Source: an uncultured archaeon
Lineage (GTDB): Archaea; Asgardarchaeota; Lokiarchaeia; Sigyniarchaeales; SOKP01
Assembly (NCBI GenBank): GCA_964508365.1
Contig: CAZDTP010000006.1
Span: 45,777-109,776 of the forward strand
Length of the DNA stretch: 64,000 nucleotides
Direction of reading: 5' to 3'
The number at the start of each line of letters is the position of its first letter. The stretch's first letter is position 1. A program made the position numbers and the translations under genes. Below, piece by piece: positions 20,596 to 30,201 of the stretch. Below the pieces are notes generated by a model, which searched no databases, had not been told where the DNA came from, and saw only the letters and a list, made by a program, of their open reading frames with translations.

Positions 20596-20720
20596 TATAC
20601 TGCACAGCTATTCAAATTTGTGTAATAAAGATGTTTTAAATACTTATAAGAGTTTTGTTAATTATTAGTTGAATAAATATTACATACTATATAAGATATT
20701 ATTGGTATTATTTTTTTTTT

Positions 20721-20775
20721 GAACCCTTGCGGGGCAAGTCATCTTGCGACTAATATTTTCTCGCAAAACTCATCC
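20721..20775 (-). promoter_or_regulatory. SECIS-like element (eukaryote-type, form 1) followed by a GNRA hairpin
   Basis: AUGAG-UUUUGCGA-GAAAAUAUUAG-UCGCAAGA-UGAC: 8-bp helix, tandem GA core, AAAA loop; then CCC-GCAA-GGG. Confidence 0.75.
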
Positions 20776-20792
20776 TTTTTTTAAAATAATGT

Positions 20793-20972
20793 TTAAAATA
20801 CATTTGTAAAGATACTGCATGTACTAGGTCATCCTCCTCCTGCTTCCTCAAGAGACCCAAAATATATTACTATCAAAGAGATAATTACCGTCAATGTAGC
20901 TATTAGTGCTATTAGAATAATATAGAGAACGATTTTATTGATTCTATCATTTTCAAATAATTTTAATCGCAT
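20793..20972 (-). CDS. Candidate small single-pass membrane selenoprotein (59 aa; Sec48 at TGA 20829..20831)
   Basis: MRLKLFENDRINKIVLYIILIALIATLTVIISLIVIYFGSLEEAGGG-U-PSTCSIFTNVF; TATATAAA about 25 nt upstream of the ATG; SECIS-like hairpin downstream; absent from the ORF track. Confidence 0.65.
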
Positions 20973-21150
20973 AAAAAAAGCCTATAATGATTTTTTATAT
21001 ATGTTAATTTTAAAATATTAAAAGCTTTTTCATAAAAAAATCCTTTTGGATTCAGAAAATTGACCGTTTGTTACTAGTGTATAAAATAAGTGTTTTTAAT
21101 TACGCTTCAATTAATTGATATTAAGCAAAAATAGAAAGACTTTCAAGATT

Positions 21151-21966
21151 ATGAATATAAATCATCGAGAATCTAAGAGCATCATAACTAAGAGCAACAT
21201 ACCCAAAATAGATTTTGTTATTAATCCTTATGTTGGTTGTCAGCATGGGTGTATTTACTGCTATGCGGAGTTCATGATAAGATTTACTGGCCACAAGGGC
21301 GATAAATGGGGCGAATTCCTGGATGTTAAAAATTACGACTTCGAGAAAATTAAACCTAAGAAGTATGATGGAAAAAGAATACTCCTTAGCTCTGTAACAG
21401 ACCCTTATATTCCTTTAGAGTTAAAATATAAAAATACTCGAAAGATTCTCGAAAAACTCGTTGGAACAAAAGCAGAGATTTCAATTTTAACGAAATCTAA
21501 ATTTGTTACACGAGATATTGATTTATTTAAAAAGTTTGATAATCTTGAAATTGGTATTTCAATCAGCTCTTTAGATAACGAATTCGCACAATTGATAGAA
21601 CGGGGAGCTTCAAGACCAAAAGAACGATTAGAAGCTTTAAAAGAAATACACGAGAACGGAATTAAAACTTATACCTTCATTTCACCATTTTTTCCAAAAA
21701 TTACTAATTATAAAGCGATAATAGAGGAGACAATGGATTATACAGATTCATATATGTTTGAAAATTTAAACTTCAGACCTCATAATGTTCCAAGAATTTT
21801 AAACATTATAAAGCAGATACATCCTGAATTTTTACCTCTGTATAAAGAATTCAGGAAGGACCATTCTAAATGGGATTCTATTGAATCAGAAATAGACGCC
21901 TATTGCAAAAAGATGAAACTTTTTTATAAAATCGAATTTCATCATGGGGGATTTTCAAAAAGCTAA
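21151..21966 (+). CDS. Radical SAM protein, SplB/Rv2578c-like DNA repair family
   Basis: INPYVGCQHGCIYCYA (CxxxCxxC), SSVTDPY, ILTKS. Confidence 0.88.
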   Translation: MNINHRESKSIITKSNIPKIDFVINPYVGCQHGCIYCYAEFMIRFTGHKGDKWGEFLDVKNYDFEKIKPKKYDGKRILLSSVTDPYIPLELKYKNTRKILEKLVGTKAEISILTKSKFVTRDIDLFKKFDNLEIGISISSLDNEFAQLIERGASRPKERLEALKEIHENGIKTYTFISPFFPKITNYKAIIEETMDYTDSYMFENLNFRPHNVPRILNIIKQIHPEFLPLYKEFRKDHSKWDSIESEIDAYCKKMKLFYKIEFHHGGFSKS

Positions 21967-21991
21967 ATAGATCCAAAATCCCCTAAATAGA

Positions 21992-22480
21992 TTAAAATAC
22001 TTCATCAATATATCTTTTTAATTGCTTCACATCTTCAAAATAAAATATGCTAACATTTTCTTTAAAGAATGGTTTTAGTAGCCCCCCTCTCTTTAAAACT
22101 TCAGTGATTTCTACATCTTTTAGAACAAACACTTTTGTTTTTTCATAGTATTCTTTAAAGGAGAGGATTATCCCCATCTCAATCATATGTCCGCCCTTAT
22201 CATGTTCGATGATCATAATGATCTCATCCGAGAATTTTGCGATTAAATCAAATTTTAGAATGAGATTTTCAAGATGAGTGCGTCTAAATTCTTTTTCAAA
22301 GAATCCAAGATTATTTTCATTCACATTTATTATCTTTTGCACTTCTTGAAGATTAGTGAATGTATCATCACTGTATGAACCACAAATGAAAATTTTATTC
22401 TTTAAAAGGTCGAAAACCGAAAAAACGCTAATGAATTCATCTAAAAATTCGTCCCATGCACTATGATGTGAGACCTCCAT
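21992..22480 (-). CDS. Hypothetical protein, possible nucleoside 2-deoxyribosyltransferase-like fold
   Basis: IFICGSY...DEIIMII...GGHMIEMG flavodoxin-like pattern. Confidence 0.5.
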   Translation of the reverse strand: MEVSHHSAWDEFLDEFISVFSVFDLLKNKIFICGSYSDDTFTNLQEVQKIINVNENNLGFFEKEFRRTHLENLILKFDLIAKFSDEIIMIIEHDKGGHMIEMGIILSFKEYYEKTKVFVLKDVEITEVLKRGGLLKPFFKENVSIFYFEDVKQLKRYIDEVF

Positions 22481-22653
22481 TTAATTTCCCCTAAAATATA
22501 CTAAACATATTAGAAATTCGTTTATTTTATAAATTATTATATGTCAATGATAATTGACTCTATTAGATTTGAGTTAGATTTAAATATGCAATTAAATATA
22601 TTTACCTTGGAAATAAACGAAAAAATTAATATAAATAATAGGAGGGAGATAAT

Positions 22654-23004
22654 TTGAAGCTTCCGTTGAAATTTGAGAATAAAAGAAAAGGATTGGAATT
22701 TATATCTGAAAAAACCCGTTATAAAATTCTGCTCACACTATTAGCAAGCGAAGTCCCCCTGTCTTTCAGTCAATTAAAAGTACTTTTACCTTCAATACCA
22801 GAGAACAATTTAAATTATCATATTAAAATCTTGAAAGAGAATGATTTCATAAAAAATAAGAAGGTTTCAGAATATAAACGCTCAGAACCAAGGTCATTCT
22901 ATTCCCTAAGTGAACGTTCTTATGAACTGCTTAAAGATTTAGGATTAACCGATGTGAAGGAGGAATTGACAGCAATTCTTGAACAGAGCCAGAACAAACA
23001 ATAG
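22654..23004 (+). CDS. ArsR-family winged-HTH regulator
   Basis: RYKILLTL...LSFSQL...NLNYHIKILKENDFI; SD GGAGG. Confidence 0.8.
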   Translation: MKLPLKFENKRKGLEFISEKTRYKILLTLLASEVPLSFSQLKVLLPSIPENNLNYHIKILKENDFIKNKKVSEYKRSEPRSFYSLSERSYELLKDLGLTDVKEELTAILEQSQNKQ

Positions 23005-23020
23005 ATTATTAATGAACAAC

Positions 23021-23344
23021 CTATTCTAATCTTTCTATTTTAAAATAAACGGGTCGAAACCAGTCAGAACAACTGGTAATTGCCACTCCTTGTTCTTTCA
23101 TTCCAAGAATATTGCCCCCCGAAGCAATTAGATTGATATCATTTCGAATATCTGCCCAAGCCCAATCGCAAAATTCTGTAGGAACAGAAGCTAAATTTGG
23201 ATCAATAATAAATTCTTGACCAACTTCAAATTTTTCACAAGGACCCATTTCTTTGAAATCCTCTACCACATATTGGTTAATTAAATCTTTATTATGCGTT
23301 CTTTTAATAATAGTAATTTTACAATTTGGTAATTTCATTCTCAA
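23021..23344 (-). CDS. TIGR04076-like protein
   Basis: PCEKFEVGQEF...FCDWAWADI...SCSDWFRPVYFKIER. Confidence 0.7.
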   Translation of the reverse strand: MRMKLPNCKITIIKRTHNKDLINQYVVEDFKEMGPCEKFEVGQEFIIDPNLASVPTEFCDWAWADIRNDINLIASGGNILGMKEQGVAITSCSDWFRPVYFKIERLE

Positions 23345-23367
23345 TCACCTTTTTAGGATGAAATAAT

Positions 23368-24360
23368 TTATTTTATTTTGCTTATAATTTTTTCAGGTAT
23401 ATGGATTGCAAATGTACACTCTAGATCACCATACAAACCCGTTTTTATGGGTTCAACAGTTATTGATTGTTCAAAAATCTGATCCCAATATAGTTTGTAC
23501 CAGCCGGCACTACAATGACAAAAAATTTTTAAAGATTCATTATCAGTTCCCTCTTTCAAAGCGCCTCGAATCCAAGGACAGTAACATAAATAAAATTTCT
23601 TCATTTTCTCATCCTTAGCAGTTAAAAATTCCTTAGTTTGATAGGGAACTTTACTGGTATAAACGATATTTTCTTTTCTCACTCCTACTAACATTTGGTT
23701 ATTTCTTACAAATTCAATTACTTCGTCATCCACGATCTGCGCAAATTCTAATGTTCCTTCATCTCGATGCTTCTCAAGCCTTTCTATTAAATCGTGGTGT
23801 TTCTTTAGTAAAAATCCATCAATTCCTAATTCGGCAAGAATTTTTTTATCTCCTTCAATATCATCAGGGGGACGACCGTGAAGACAAGGTGAAAGAAGTG
23901 TGATAGTATCTTCTTTTCCAAGATTATCTTCCAATCTTTTCATAATGCTTTTAGTAAAATTCGGTTTTTTTTCTGGATGCACTCCTAATGGAGGAATAGT
24001 TAAATCTCTAAACATTTCATTCCTCATTTGTTCTCCATGAATTTCAGCTATTCTTGAAAATAATGTATCCATTGCATTATAGGATTCAACAATATCTATA
24101 GTTTCAGTAATAATATCATATTTCTTGGAATAATTAGCATAACTCAAGATCGCTCTTAAAAAATCAAGAACAGAATCTTTATCAGTAGAGACTAGATATT
24201 CCGTATACTCAACTAGTTTTTTTGGATTAACTGAATCGAGACTTAGGTTTTCTTTTTTGAGATAATTTTCATAGTCGCCCAGCTTTGAAAGAAATATATT
24301 TATTACTTTAATATCAATATCATTTTCTTCTAAAAAGTTTTGAAAATTCCTTTCATTCAT
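23368..24360 (-). CDS. Hypothetical Cys-rich protein (DUF6144-like C-terminal domain)
   Basis: CYCP...FCHCSAGW...ECTFAI motif. Confidence 0.6.
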   Translation of the reverse strand: MNERNFQNFLEENDIDIKVINIFLSKLGDYENYLKKENLSLDSVNPKKLVEYTEYLVSTDKDSVLDFLRAILSYANYSKKYDIITETIDIVESYNAMDTLFSRIAEIHGEQMRNEMFRDLTIPPLGVHPEKKPNFTKSIMKRLEDNLGKEDTITLLSPCLHGRPPDDIEGDKKILAELGIDGFLLKKHHDLIERLEKHRDEGTLEFAQIVDDEVIEFVRNNQMLVGVRKENIVYTSKVPYQTKEFLTAKDEKMKKFYLCYCPWIRGALKEGTDNESLKIFCHCSAGWYKLYWDQIFEQSITVEPIKTGLYGDLECTFAIHIPEKIISKIK

Positions 24361-24660
24361 TTTCTAAATATATCTTTGTATCTTAATATCTTTTATTTTT
24401 AAAATGTAATTTATAATTATCAAAATACTTTATTTAGAGAAATTGAATTTATGAAAGCTATCGATTATACTTTCCAAAAATCTCCTACAAGACAAATGAA
24501 AAAATTCAAGGAATTACAAAGTAGAAAAATCTCTGATTCTTTTTTAAAAAGATTTAGCCAGTTTAGTCTAGTGGGAGGTTAAGAATTTCTAAATTATAAA
24601 CAGTTAAGTAATAAGGAATAATTCTATTATTTTATAAAAAATACAAAAGTTGGATTTAAT

Positions 24661-25146
24661 ATGGGTATTAAGAAAGGTGATATCATCAAAGTTGAATATG
24701 AAGGAAGATTAGAAGACAGAACCATATTCGATAGCACGGAGCTTCAAGGAGGGGAGCCGTTAAAATTTGAAGTTGGCACTAGAATGTTAATTCCAGGATT
24801 TGATGATTCTGTTATTGGTAAAGAAGTAGGGGACTCGTATGAGATTACATTAAGCGCTTCTGAAGCTTACGGTGTGATTGATCCCTTATTAGTTCAAACT
24901 GTTAGCATAAATCAACTGCCAGAAGATTTGGATCCTGAACCCGGAATGATGCTCGGAGTCGGTGACGCTAACGGGACTCACTCAATGGCTTGGGTTAAAG
25001 AAGTAGATGAAGAGTTTATAAAAATTGATATGAACCACCCACTTGCGGGAAAAACGCTTCATTTCAATATAAAAATTTTAGAAACAGGCTGTGAACCAGA
25101 CCCACCGGATGCTCATGAATGCGGTTGTGGTTGCGAGCATCAATAA
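24661..25146 (+). CDS. slyD: FKBP-type peptidyl-prolyl isomerase, SlyD-like
   Basis: IFDST, IPGFD, DMNHPLAGKTLHFNIKI; His/Cys tail HECGCGCEH. Confidence 0.9.
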   Translation: MGIKKGDIIKVEYEGRLEDRTIFDSTELQGGEPLKFEVGTRMLIPGFDDSVIGKEVGDSYEITLSASEAYGVIDPLLVQTVSINQLPEDLDPEPGMMLGVGDANGTHSMAWVKEVDEEFIKIDMNHPLAGKTLHFNIKILETGCEPDPPDAHECGCGCEHQ

Positions 25147-25248
25147 GTATATACTGGTTTGTTCTTTATAAATAGATTTTTATTATTATTATTGAATTCC
25201 TAGTAAATAATTTAATTTATTTATTTTAGATTATTCTTAGAAATAGAA

Positions 25249-26571
25249 ATGAGCTATAAATTTACAAAAGAGGAATTAGAAGAACTTTTAATTGATTATA
25301 ATAAAATTGCGTTAAAAGAACAGAATCTCGATATACCGTCTCAAGTCTGTATTTGGGATGAAACATTGAGGGATGGCGAACAAAGTCCTACTGTTTATCT
25401 TACACTTGATGAAAAAATCCATTTAGCAAAATTAATGGATGAAATTGGAGTAAAATTAATTGCCGTTGGTTTTCCTGCTGTATCCAAAACGGAAAAAAAA
25501 ATCGTTAAAACTCTCGTTAGTGAAAACTTTGAAAGAGCAACTATCCTCGGAATAGCTCGACCAAAAAAGGAAGATATCGACGCATGTATAGAGGCAAACC
25601 TTAAAGAAATTGTAATTTTTATGCCTATATCTCCAATATTTAGGAAGACATTAAAACAAAAGCCTGAAGAGCAGTTAGAAATGATAACTGACGCAATTCA
25701 TTACGCAATTGATAACGGCTTCAAAGTAAATTGGGTTTCTGAAGACGGAACACGGTGTGATTTCAATCATTTGAAAAATGTGTTTCAGACGGCGATTGAA
25801 GCAGGCTCTGAAAGAATTGTGCTTGGCGATACTGTTGGCGTTTTAACTCCTTATTCTACTTCTTACTTGTACAAGCGTATTAAAAAAGAGGTGTTGAACC
25901 CTCTCAAGAAAAAAATCCCAATGGGTATTCACACACACAATGATTTTGGTTTGGCTGTTGCGAATACGATTACGGGAGTTATTGAAGGATGTACGTACCC
26001 ACACACATGTATTAATGGATACGGAGAAAGAGCGGGAAACGCCGCATTAGAAGAAGTTGTAACTACTTTAGAACGAATTGGGATAAATACTGGTATTGAT
26101 ATGAAAAGATTACCAGAGTTAAGTGAAGTCTGTGAGAAATACTTCAACCAACCTTTAGCTTTGAATAAACCAATAGTTGGAGAACATGCATTCTCTCATG
26201 AAAGTGGTCTTCATATAGCCGCAATTTTAGCACATCCTTTAACATATGAGCCAATTAATCCACATATGGTAGGAAGAAGAAGAAAATTCTATCTTGGAAA
26301 ATTTTCAGGCTCCAAATCGATTTTACACGCTCTTAAAAAAAAAATTAAAATCTTGGATTTAGATATTCCAGATGCAATTATAAAGCAAATTGTATCTGAA
26401 GTGAAAAAAAAACATGAGGAAACTTCCAAAAAGGATCTTAGAAAATCTTTTAATTTGATAAAACAGGAATTAAAGAAAATTTCAAGGGGCGTTGGAGATA
26501 AAGAATTCTTCGAAATTGTAAATAAATACGCCCAACCGTATGTTCCTGACGATTTTAAACCTAAAAATTAA
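25249..26571 (+). CDS. DRE-TIM acyltransferase (homocitrate/isopropylmalate/citramalate synthase family) lacking the regulatory domain
   Basis: DETLRDGEQ, HTHNDFGLAVAN, GERAGNA, HESGLH. Confidence 0.9.
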   Translation: MSYKFTKEELEELLIDYNKIALKEQNLDIPSQVCIWDETLRDGEQSPTVYLTLDEKIHLAKLMDEIGVKLIAVGFPAVSKTEKKIVKTLVSENFERATILGIARPKKEDIDACIEANLKEIVIFMPISPIFRKTLKQKPEEQLEMITDAIHYAIDNGFKVNWVSEDGTRCDFNHLKNVFQTAIEAGSERIVLGDTVGVLTPYSTSYLYKRIKKEVLNPLKKKIPMGIHTHNDFGLAVANTITGVIEGCTYPHTCINGYGERAGNAALEEVVTTLERIGINTGIDMKRLPELSEVCEKYFNQPLALNKPIVGEHAFSHESGLHIAAILAHPLTYEPINPHMVGRRRKFYLGKFSGSKSILHALKKKIKILDLDIPDAIIKQIVSEVKKKHEETSKKDLRKSFNLIKQELKKISRGVGDKEFFEIVNKYAQPYVPDDFKPKN

Positions 26572-26599
26572 GAAATTTGAATTGTGCCCTTTATTCTAA

Positions 26600-27973
26600 T
26601 TATTTTAATTTTTTATCAATTTCGTCGATCTTTTTTTGAGTTGAAAGCAAATCACTTTTAAGTTGACTAGCGCGTTTCTCGAAAGAATTTTCTTCCATCT
26701 GTCCAGAATCATGCTTTTTTTCTATGAAATCAAGTAAGTTTCGAACCGAATTGAGTTTACTTTCCAATGCTTTCTTTTCAGCTACTAAATCTCTCTTTTT
26801 AACTTTTCCAGAGACTTTTGCTATTGGAACAGGTTTTAGTTTGTTTGTATCATCGATTTTAGGTAATCCAATGAAATCTCCTTCATCTTTAAATTTTAAA
26901 ATTTCTGGCTTTGGTGGTAAATCTGTTAGAACATCATTACTTTCTAGTAATTTATCGAAACCATTAGATTTTGAGTCATCTGTATTTTCTTCTTCTATGC
27001 TTTTTGCATTTTCTGGGGGATTGCTATACTCTAAGATTACTTTTTCTGATGTTATAGTTGTTTTAATCAGTTTATCAATTGTGGTTTTAATCGTATCGAT
27101 TTGATTTTGAAAAATTTTTAATAATTCCACTAACTCGCTCTTTTTTGAAATTTTCATCGAAAAATCGATATCGACTTTTCTCTTTTCGCTCAATGACGAT
27201 TGAGGTATTTCAGAAGTGTAATTCAATGGATCAACATCAGATGCTTGTTTTCTGGTAACTATCTCGGGGACCGCTCCACTCGTATGTAATTCCATTCGAT
27301 AATCGGAGATCAACCATGAAAAGATATTATATGCCAAATTTGGATGTTCGTCATTACTAAAGCCTCCTCCTACACGATCTCTAAATAATTCATAACTACC
27401 AATCGCACATAATCTTCCTTTATCGGGTTCAGAAACACAGACTAAAGCGGAAGAGAAAGGCTCCGAGGTTTCATTTGATGCAATTATTGAGATAGAATTA
27501 CCTAAAACGCTGAGCGAACAGCCTGATCTATAACAAATTGAACTAATACTATTTGTAATTGGGTGTGGAGGCATGAAGGAAGTAATTATTGGCGTGTTTT
27601 CCATACCTAGATTATAAGTTTCATCTAAAACTTGGTCGTTTTCAAAAACTATTCCAAATATTTGACTTAATTCACTTAAATTACTGTTTCTACCTCTATC
27701 TCCACCTGCGTGTGAAAGAAGTAATAGTCCCCCACCATCATTTCTTACCCAATTATTAATTTCAGTTATTTCCATTGATGTAATTTTTGCAAAATCGGGA
27801 CATACAAACACTAAGATATCAAAAGGTTTAAGGGAATTTTGATTAATTGGAGTTTCCAGAAAATTGTAGCACATAAAATCGTTTGCGTTTAAAAAATCTC
27901 GTAATTCTGTGAGATTCTCGTCGATCTTACCTCTGGGTTTATGTGCTACATCAAAAGCGATTTTATAAGGCAT
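26600..27973 (-). CDS. Cytoplasmic GIFT (GldG/IFT52-like) domain protein with C-terminal coiled coil
   Basis: GGGLLLLSHAGGD...NLSELSQIFGIVFENDQV...GRLCAIGSYELFRD; no signal peptide. Confidence 0.65.
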   Translation of the reverse strand: MPYKIAFDVAHKPRGKIDENLTELRDFLNANDFMCYNFLETPINQNSLKPFDILVFVCPDFAKITSMEITEINNWVRNDGGGLLLLSHAGGDRGRNSNLSELSQIFGIVFENDQVLDETYNLGMENTPIITSFMPPHPITNSISSICYRSGCSLSVLGNSISIIASNETSEPFSSALVCVSEPDKGRLCAIGSYELFRDRVGGGFSNDEHPNLAYNIFSWLISDYRMELHTSGAVPEIVTRKQASDVDPLNYTSEIPQSSLSEKRKVDIDFSMKISKKSELVELLKIFQNQIDTIKTTIDKLIKTTITSEKVILEYSNPPENAKSIEEENTDDSKSNGFDKLLESNDVLTDLPPKPEILKFKDEGDFIGLPKIDDTNKLKPVPIAKVSGKVKKRDLVAEKKALESKLNSVRNLLDFIEKKHDSGQMEENSFEKRASQLKSDLLSTQKKIDEIDKKLK

Positions 27974-28125
27974 GATATTTCATTTTACAATTTAATTTAT
28001 TCAGTGAGATTTCAAATTCTTCTTATAATTAATATGGATATTACTAAAAATATATTTTACGGGATTAAAAAATTTCTTAAAATAATCCAATTTTAATCGT
28101 TTTTAATCAGATAAAAAATGAGAAC

Positions 28126-29223
28126 TTAATAAATGCTTTTATCTCCTATTATTAAGTTATTTTTGCTAATATTTTCAACTATGACATTACTACCTATTAT
28201 CGAATTTTCTGATATCACATTTTTCAGAGTAGTATCGCTTTCAACAACGCAATTCTCAAGGATGCAATTTTCTATCATAGAGTTAGCTCCAATTGAAACA
28301 TACGGACCGATGACCGATGTTATAATTGATGTGTTTTTACCAATGTAAACAGGATTTTTTATAAATGACTTCTCAGATAATATATTTAACTCAGAAAATA
28401 CCTCCTTTTTTATAACCTGTTGTTCTAATAAATACTTATTACCAATTAATACTTCAGAAGGTCTTCCAAAATCTAAAATGCCTTTCTTTAAATTAACAGC
28501 AGCAATTTTAAATCCACTATCTATTAAGTCTTGTAGACTTTCAGTTAAATAAATCTCTTTTGAATCATCTGTCCTTTTATCTAAATAGCCCTTTATTATG
28601 TCAAAAAGAGCGTTAGTAGCTGAATTGGAAAAAGCGTAAATACCAGCAATTGCTAAATTAGAAACATAATCTTTAGGTTTTTCGATTAACTTTTGAATAA
28701 GTGAATTACTATCAGCGATGACAATACCGTAGGAGCTTGCGTCTTCTTTTGGTACTTCCATAACAGTAATTATTCCATCCACATCAGATTCATAATATTT
28801 ATACATTAAATAGGAGTATTCATCAATAGGTATCATATCAGCTAAAAAGATTAAGGACCCCTCACGTTTATCGACTTCTTTACTCGGACAGTTGAGTTCT
28901 TCGAATCTTGATCTAGCCAAATATACCGCTTCGCCCAAACCCCAGTAAAATGGTATATCATCGTTGTATCCTCGCGGTATTTGCTCTATAAAGGTCAATT
29001 TAAACTTATCATGATATTTTTGTTTAACAAATTCAGTGATTTGTCTTCTTTTATAACCTACAATTAAAATTAACTCTGTTTCTGAATCGAACGTATCGCC
29101 AAATTTATTTAGGATATGCTCTAGAACAGTTTTACCCGCTACATGTATGAAAGTTTTTGGTTTACTTAATGTAAAAGGTCGTAATCTCGAGCCAATTCCC
29201 GCACAAGGACCAATAATTTTCAT
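28126..29223 (-). CDS. Sugar-phosphate nucleotidyltransferase with short hexapeptide-repeat tail
   Basis: CAGIGSRLRPFTLSKPK, EKPK, left-handed beta-helix C-terminus. Confidence 0.9.
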   Translation of the reverse strand: MKIIGPCAGIGSRLRPFTLSKPKTFIHVAGKTVLEHILNKFGDTFDSETELILIVGYKRRQITEFVKQKYHDKFKLTFIEQIPRGYNDDIPFYWGLGEAVYLARSRFEELNCPSKEVDKREGSLIFLADMIPIDEYSYLMYKYYESDVDGIITVMEVPKEDASSYGIVIADSNSLIQKLIEKPKDYVSNLAIAGIYAFSNSATNALFDIIKGYLDKRTDDSKEIYLTESLQDLIDSGFKIAAVNLKKGILDFGRPSEVLIGNKYLLEQQVIKKEVFSELNILSEKSFIKNPVYIGKNTSIITSVIGPYVSIGANSMIENCILENCVVESDTTLKNVISENSIIGSNVIVENISKNNLIIGDKSIY

Positions 29224-29277
29224 ATTTTAGCTTCCTTCAATATTCTATAATTTTTTTAGATAATTAAATAAAGCATA

Positions 29278-30054
29278 TCAATAAAACTTTGACTTATCTG
29301 AATCGAAGATTCTCTGAAGATATCCAAATAAGTAATCTAAACCCTGATCTTCTTTAATAGAGCAAGATATTAACTCAGATGTGGAACCTAATTGACTGAA
29401 CACTTCTGATATTAGCATAGATAACTCTCTTATTAAACCACTTTCTCTTTCATTTGTTGAATCCTCTAACGCTTTAAAGTCTTGGCTCCAATTAACTACC
29501 ATCTCAATTTGATCTTCACTTAATAAATCCGCTTTAGACAATACATTAATCTGGGGAATATTCCTAAACCTAAATTGCACAGAAGCAGCTAAAAGTAATG
29601 TTGAAATGAAGCCATTTGGTCTCATTACAAGATTTGAATCAAATAAGAAAGAAACAGCCCTTTGAATTGATCCAAAACCTAACGAACTTGCTATTAAAGG
29701 CCCAGTCTCTCTAAAAGCAAATAATTCAAGTTGTCCTGCAGTGTCCACAAATACCCAATCTGGATTGTATTCATCGATTTCATACTTCAAATCGTCTAAG
29801 AAGTTAACCATTAAATCAGATGCTAAAATCATCGCACCATTCGGCCCTAATCCGTACTCTGTCATCACTTCTTCAAGAACTATAAAATCTCTGATGTCAA
29901 TATCAGGTGTATAAGGCATAAATCTCACACCAGGATCAAGGTTTAGCGTGATTGCTGAGATTTCTGGGTCTCTTTCAGTTACATAATCCCGTAACAATCC
30001 CGTAAGAGAGCTTTTCCCACTACCAGCGGTACCGATAAAATAATTTAATAAAAT
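29278..30054 (-). CDS. GPN-loop GTPase; true start unresolved (ATT at 30054, or frameshift from ATG at 30070)
   Basis: In-frame P-loop GTAGSGKS lies upstream of the track start; NLDPG, GLGPNGA, DTAGQLELF, LSKADLL. Confidence 0.88.
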   Translation of the reverse strand: MLLNYFIGTAGSGKSSLTGLLRDYVTERDPEISAITLNLDPGVRFMPYTPDIDIRDFIVLEEVMTEYGLGPNGAMILASDLMVNFLDDLKYEIDEYNPDWVFVDTAGQLELFAFRETGPLIASSLGFGSIQRAVSFLFDSNLVMRPNGFISTLLLAASVQFRFRNIPQINVLSKADLLSEDQIEMVVNWSQDFKALEDSTNERESGLIRELSMLISEVFSQLGSTSELISCSIKEDQGLDYLFGYLQRIFDSDKSKFY

Positions 30055-30201
30055 TTTTTTGTCTCACCATTGAGTTTTGTATCCTCATTTATAACTTAAT
30101 TGTTGAAATTAATTAAAGATTTATAATGAAACGAGCAAAAACTCAGATATTTAAAACTTTTAGGATATTTAACGATATCAGAATTGAATAGGGATATTAA
30201 T

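Noticed and set aside
24451-24582. 43-aa ORF ending in SLVGG, a ubiquitin-like diglycine
   Set aside because: Too short for a beta-grasp fold, with no SD and no other support; likely chance
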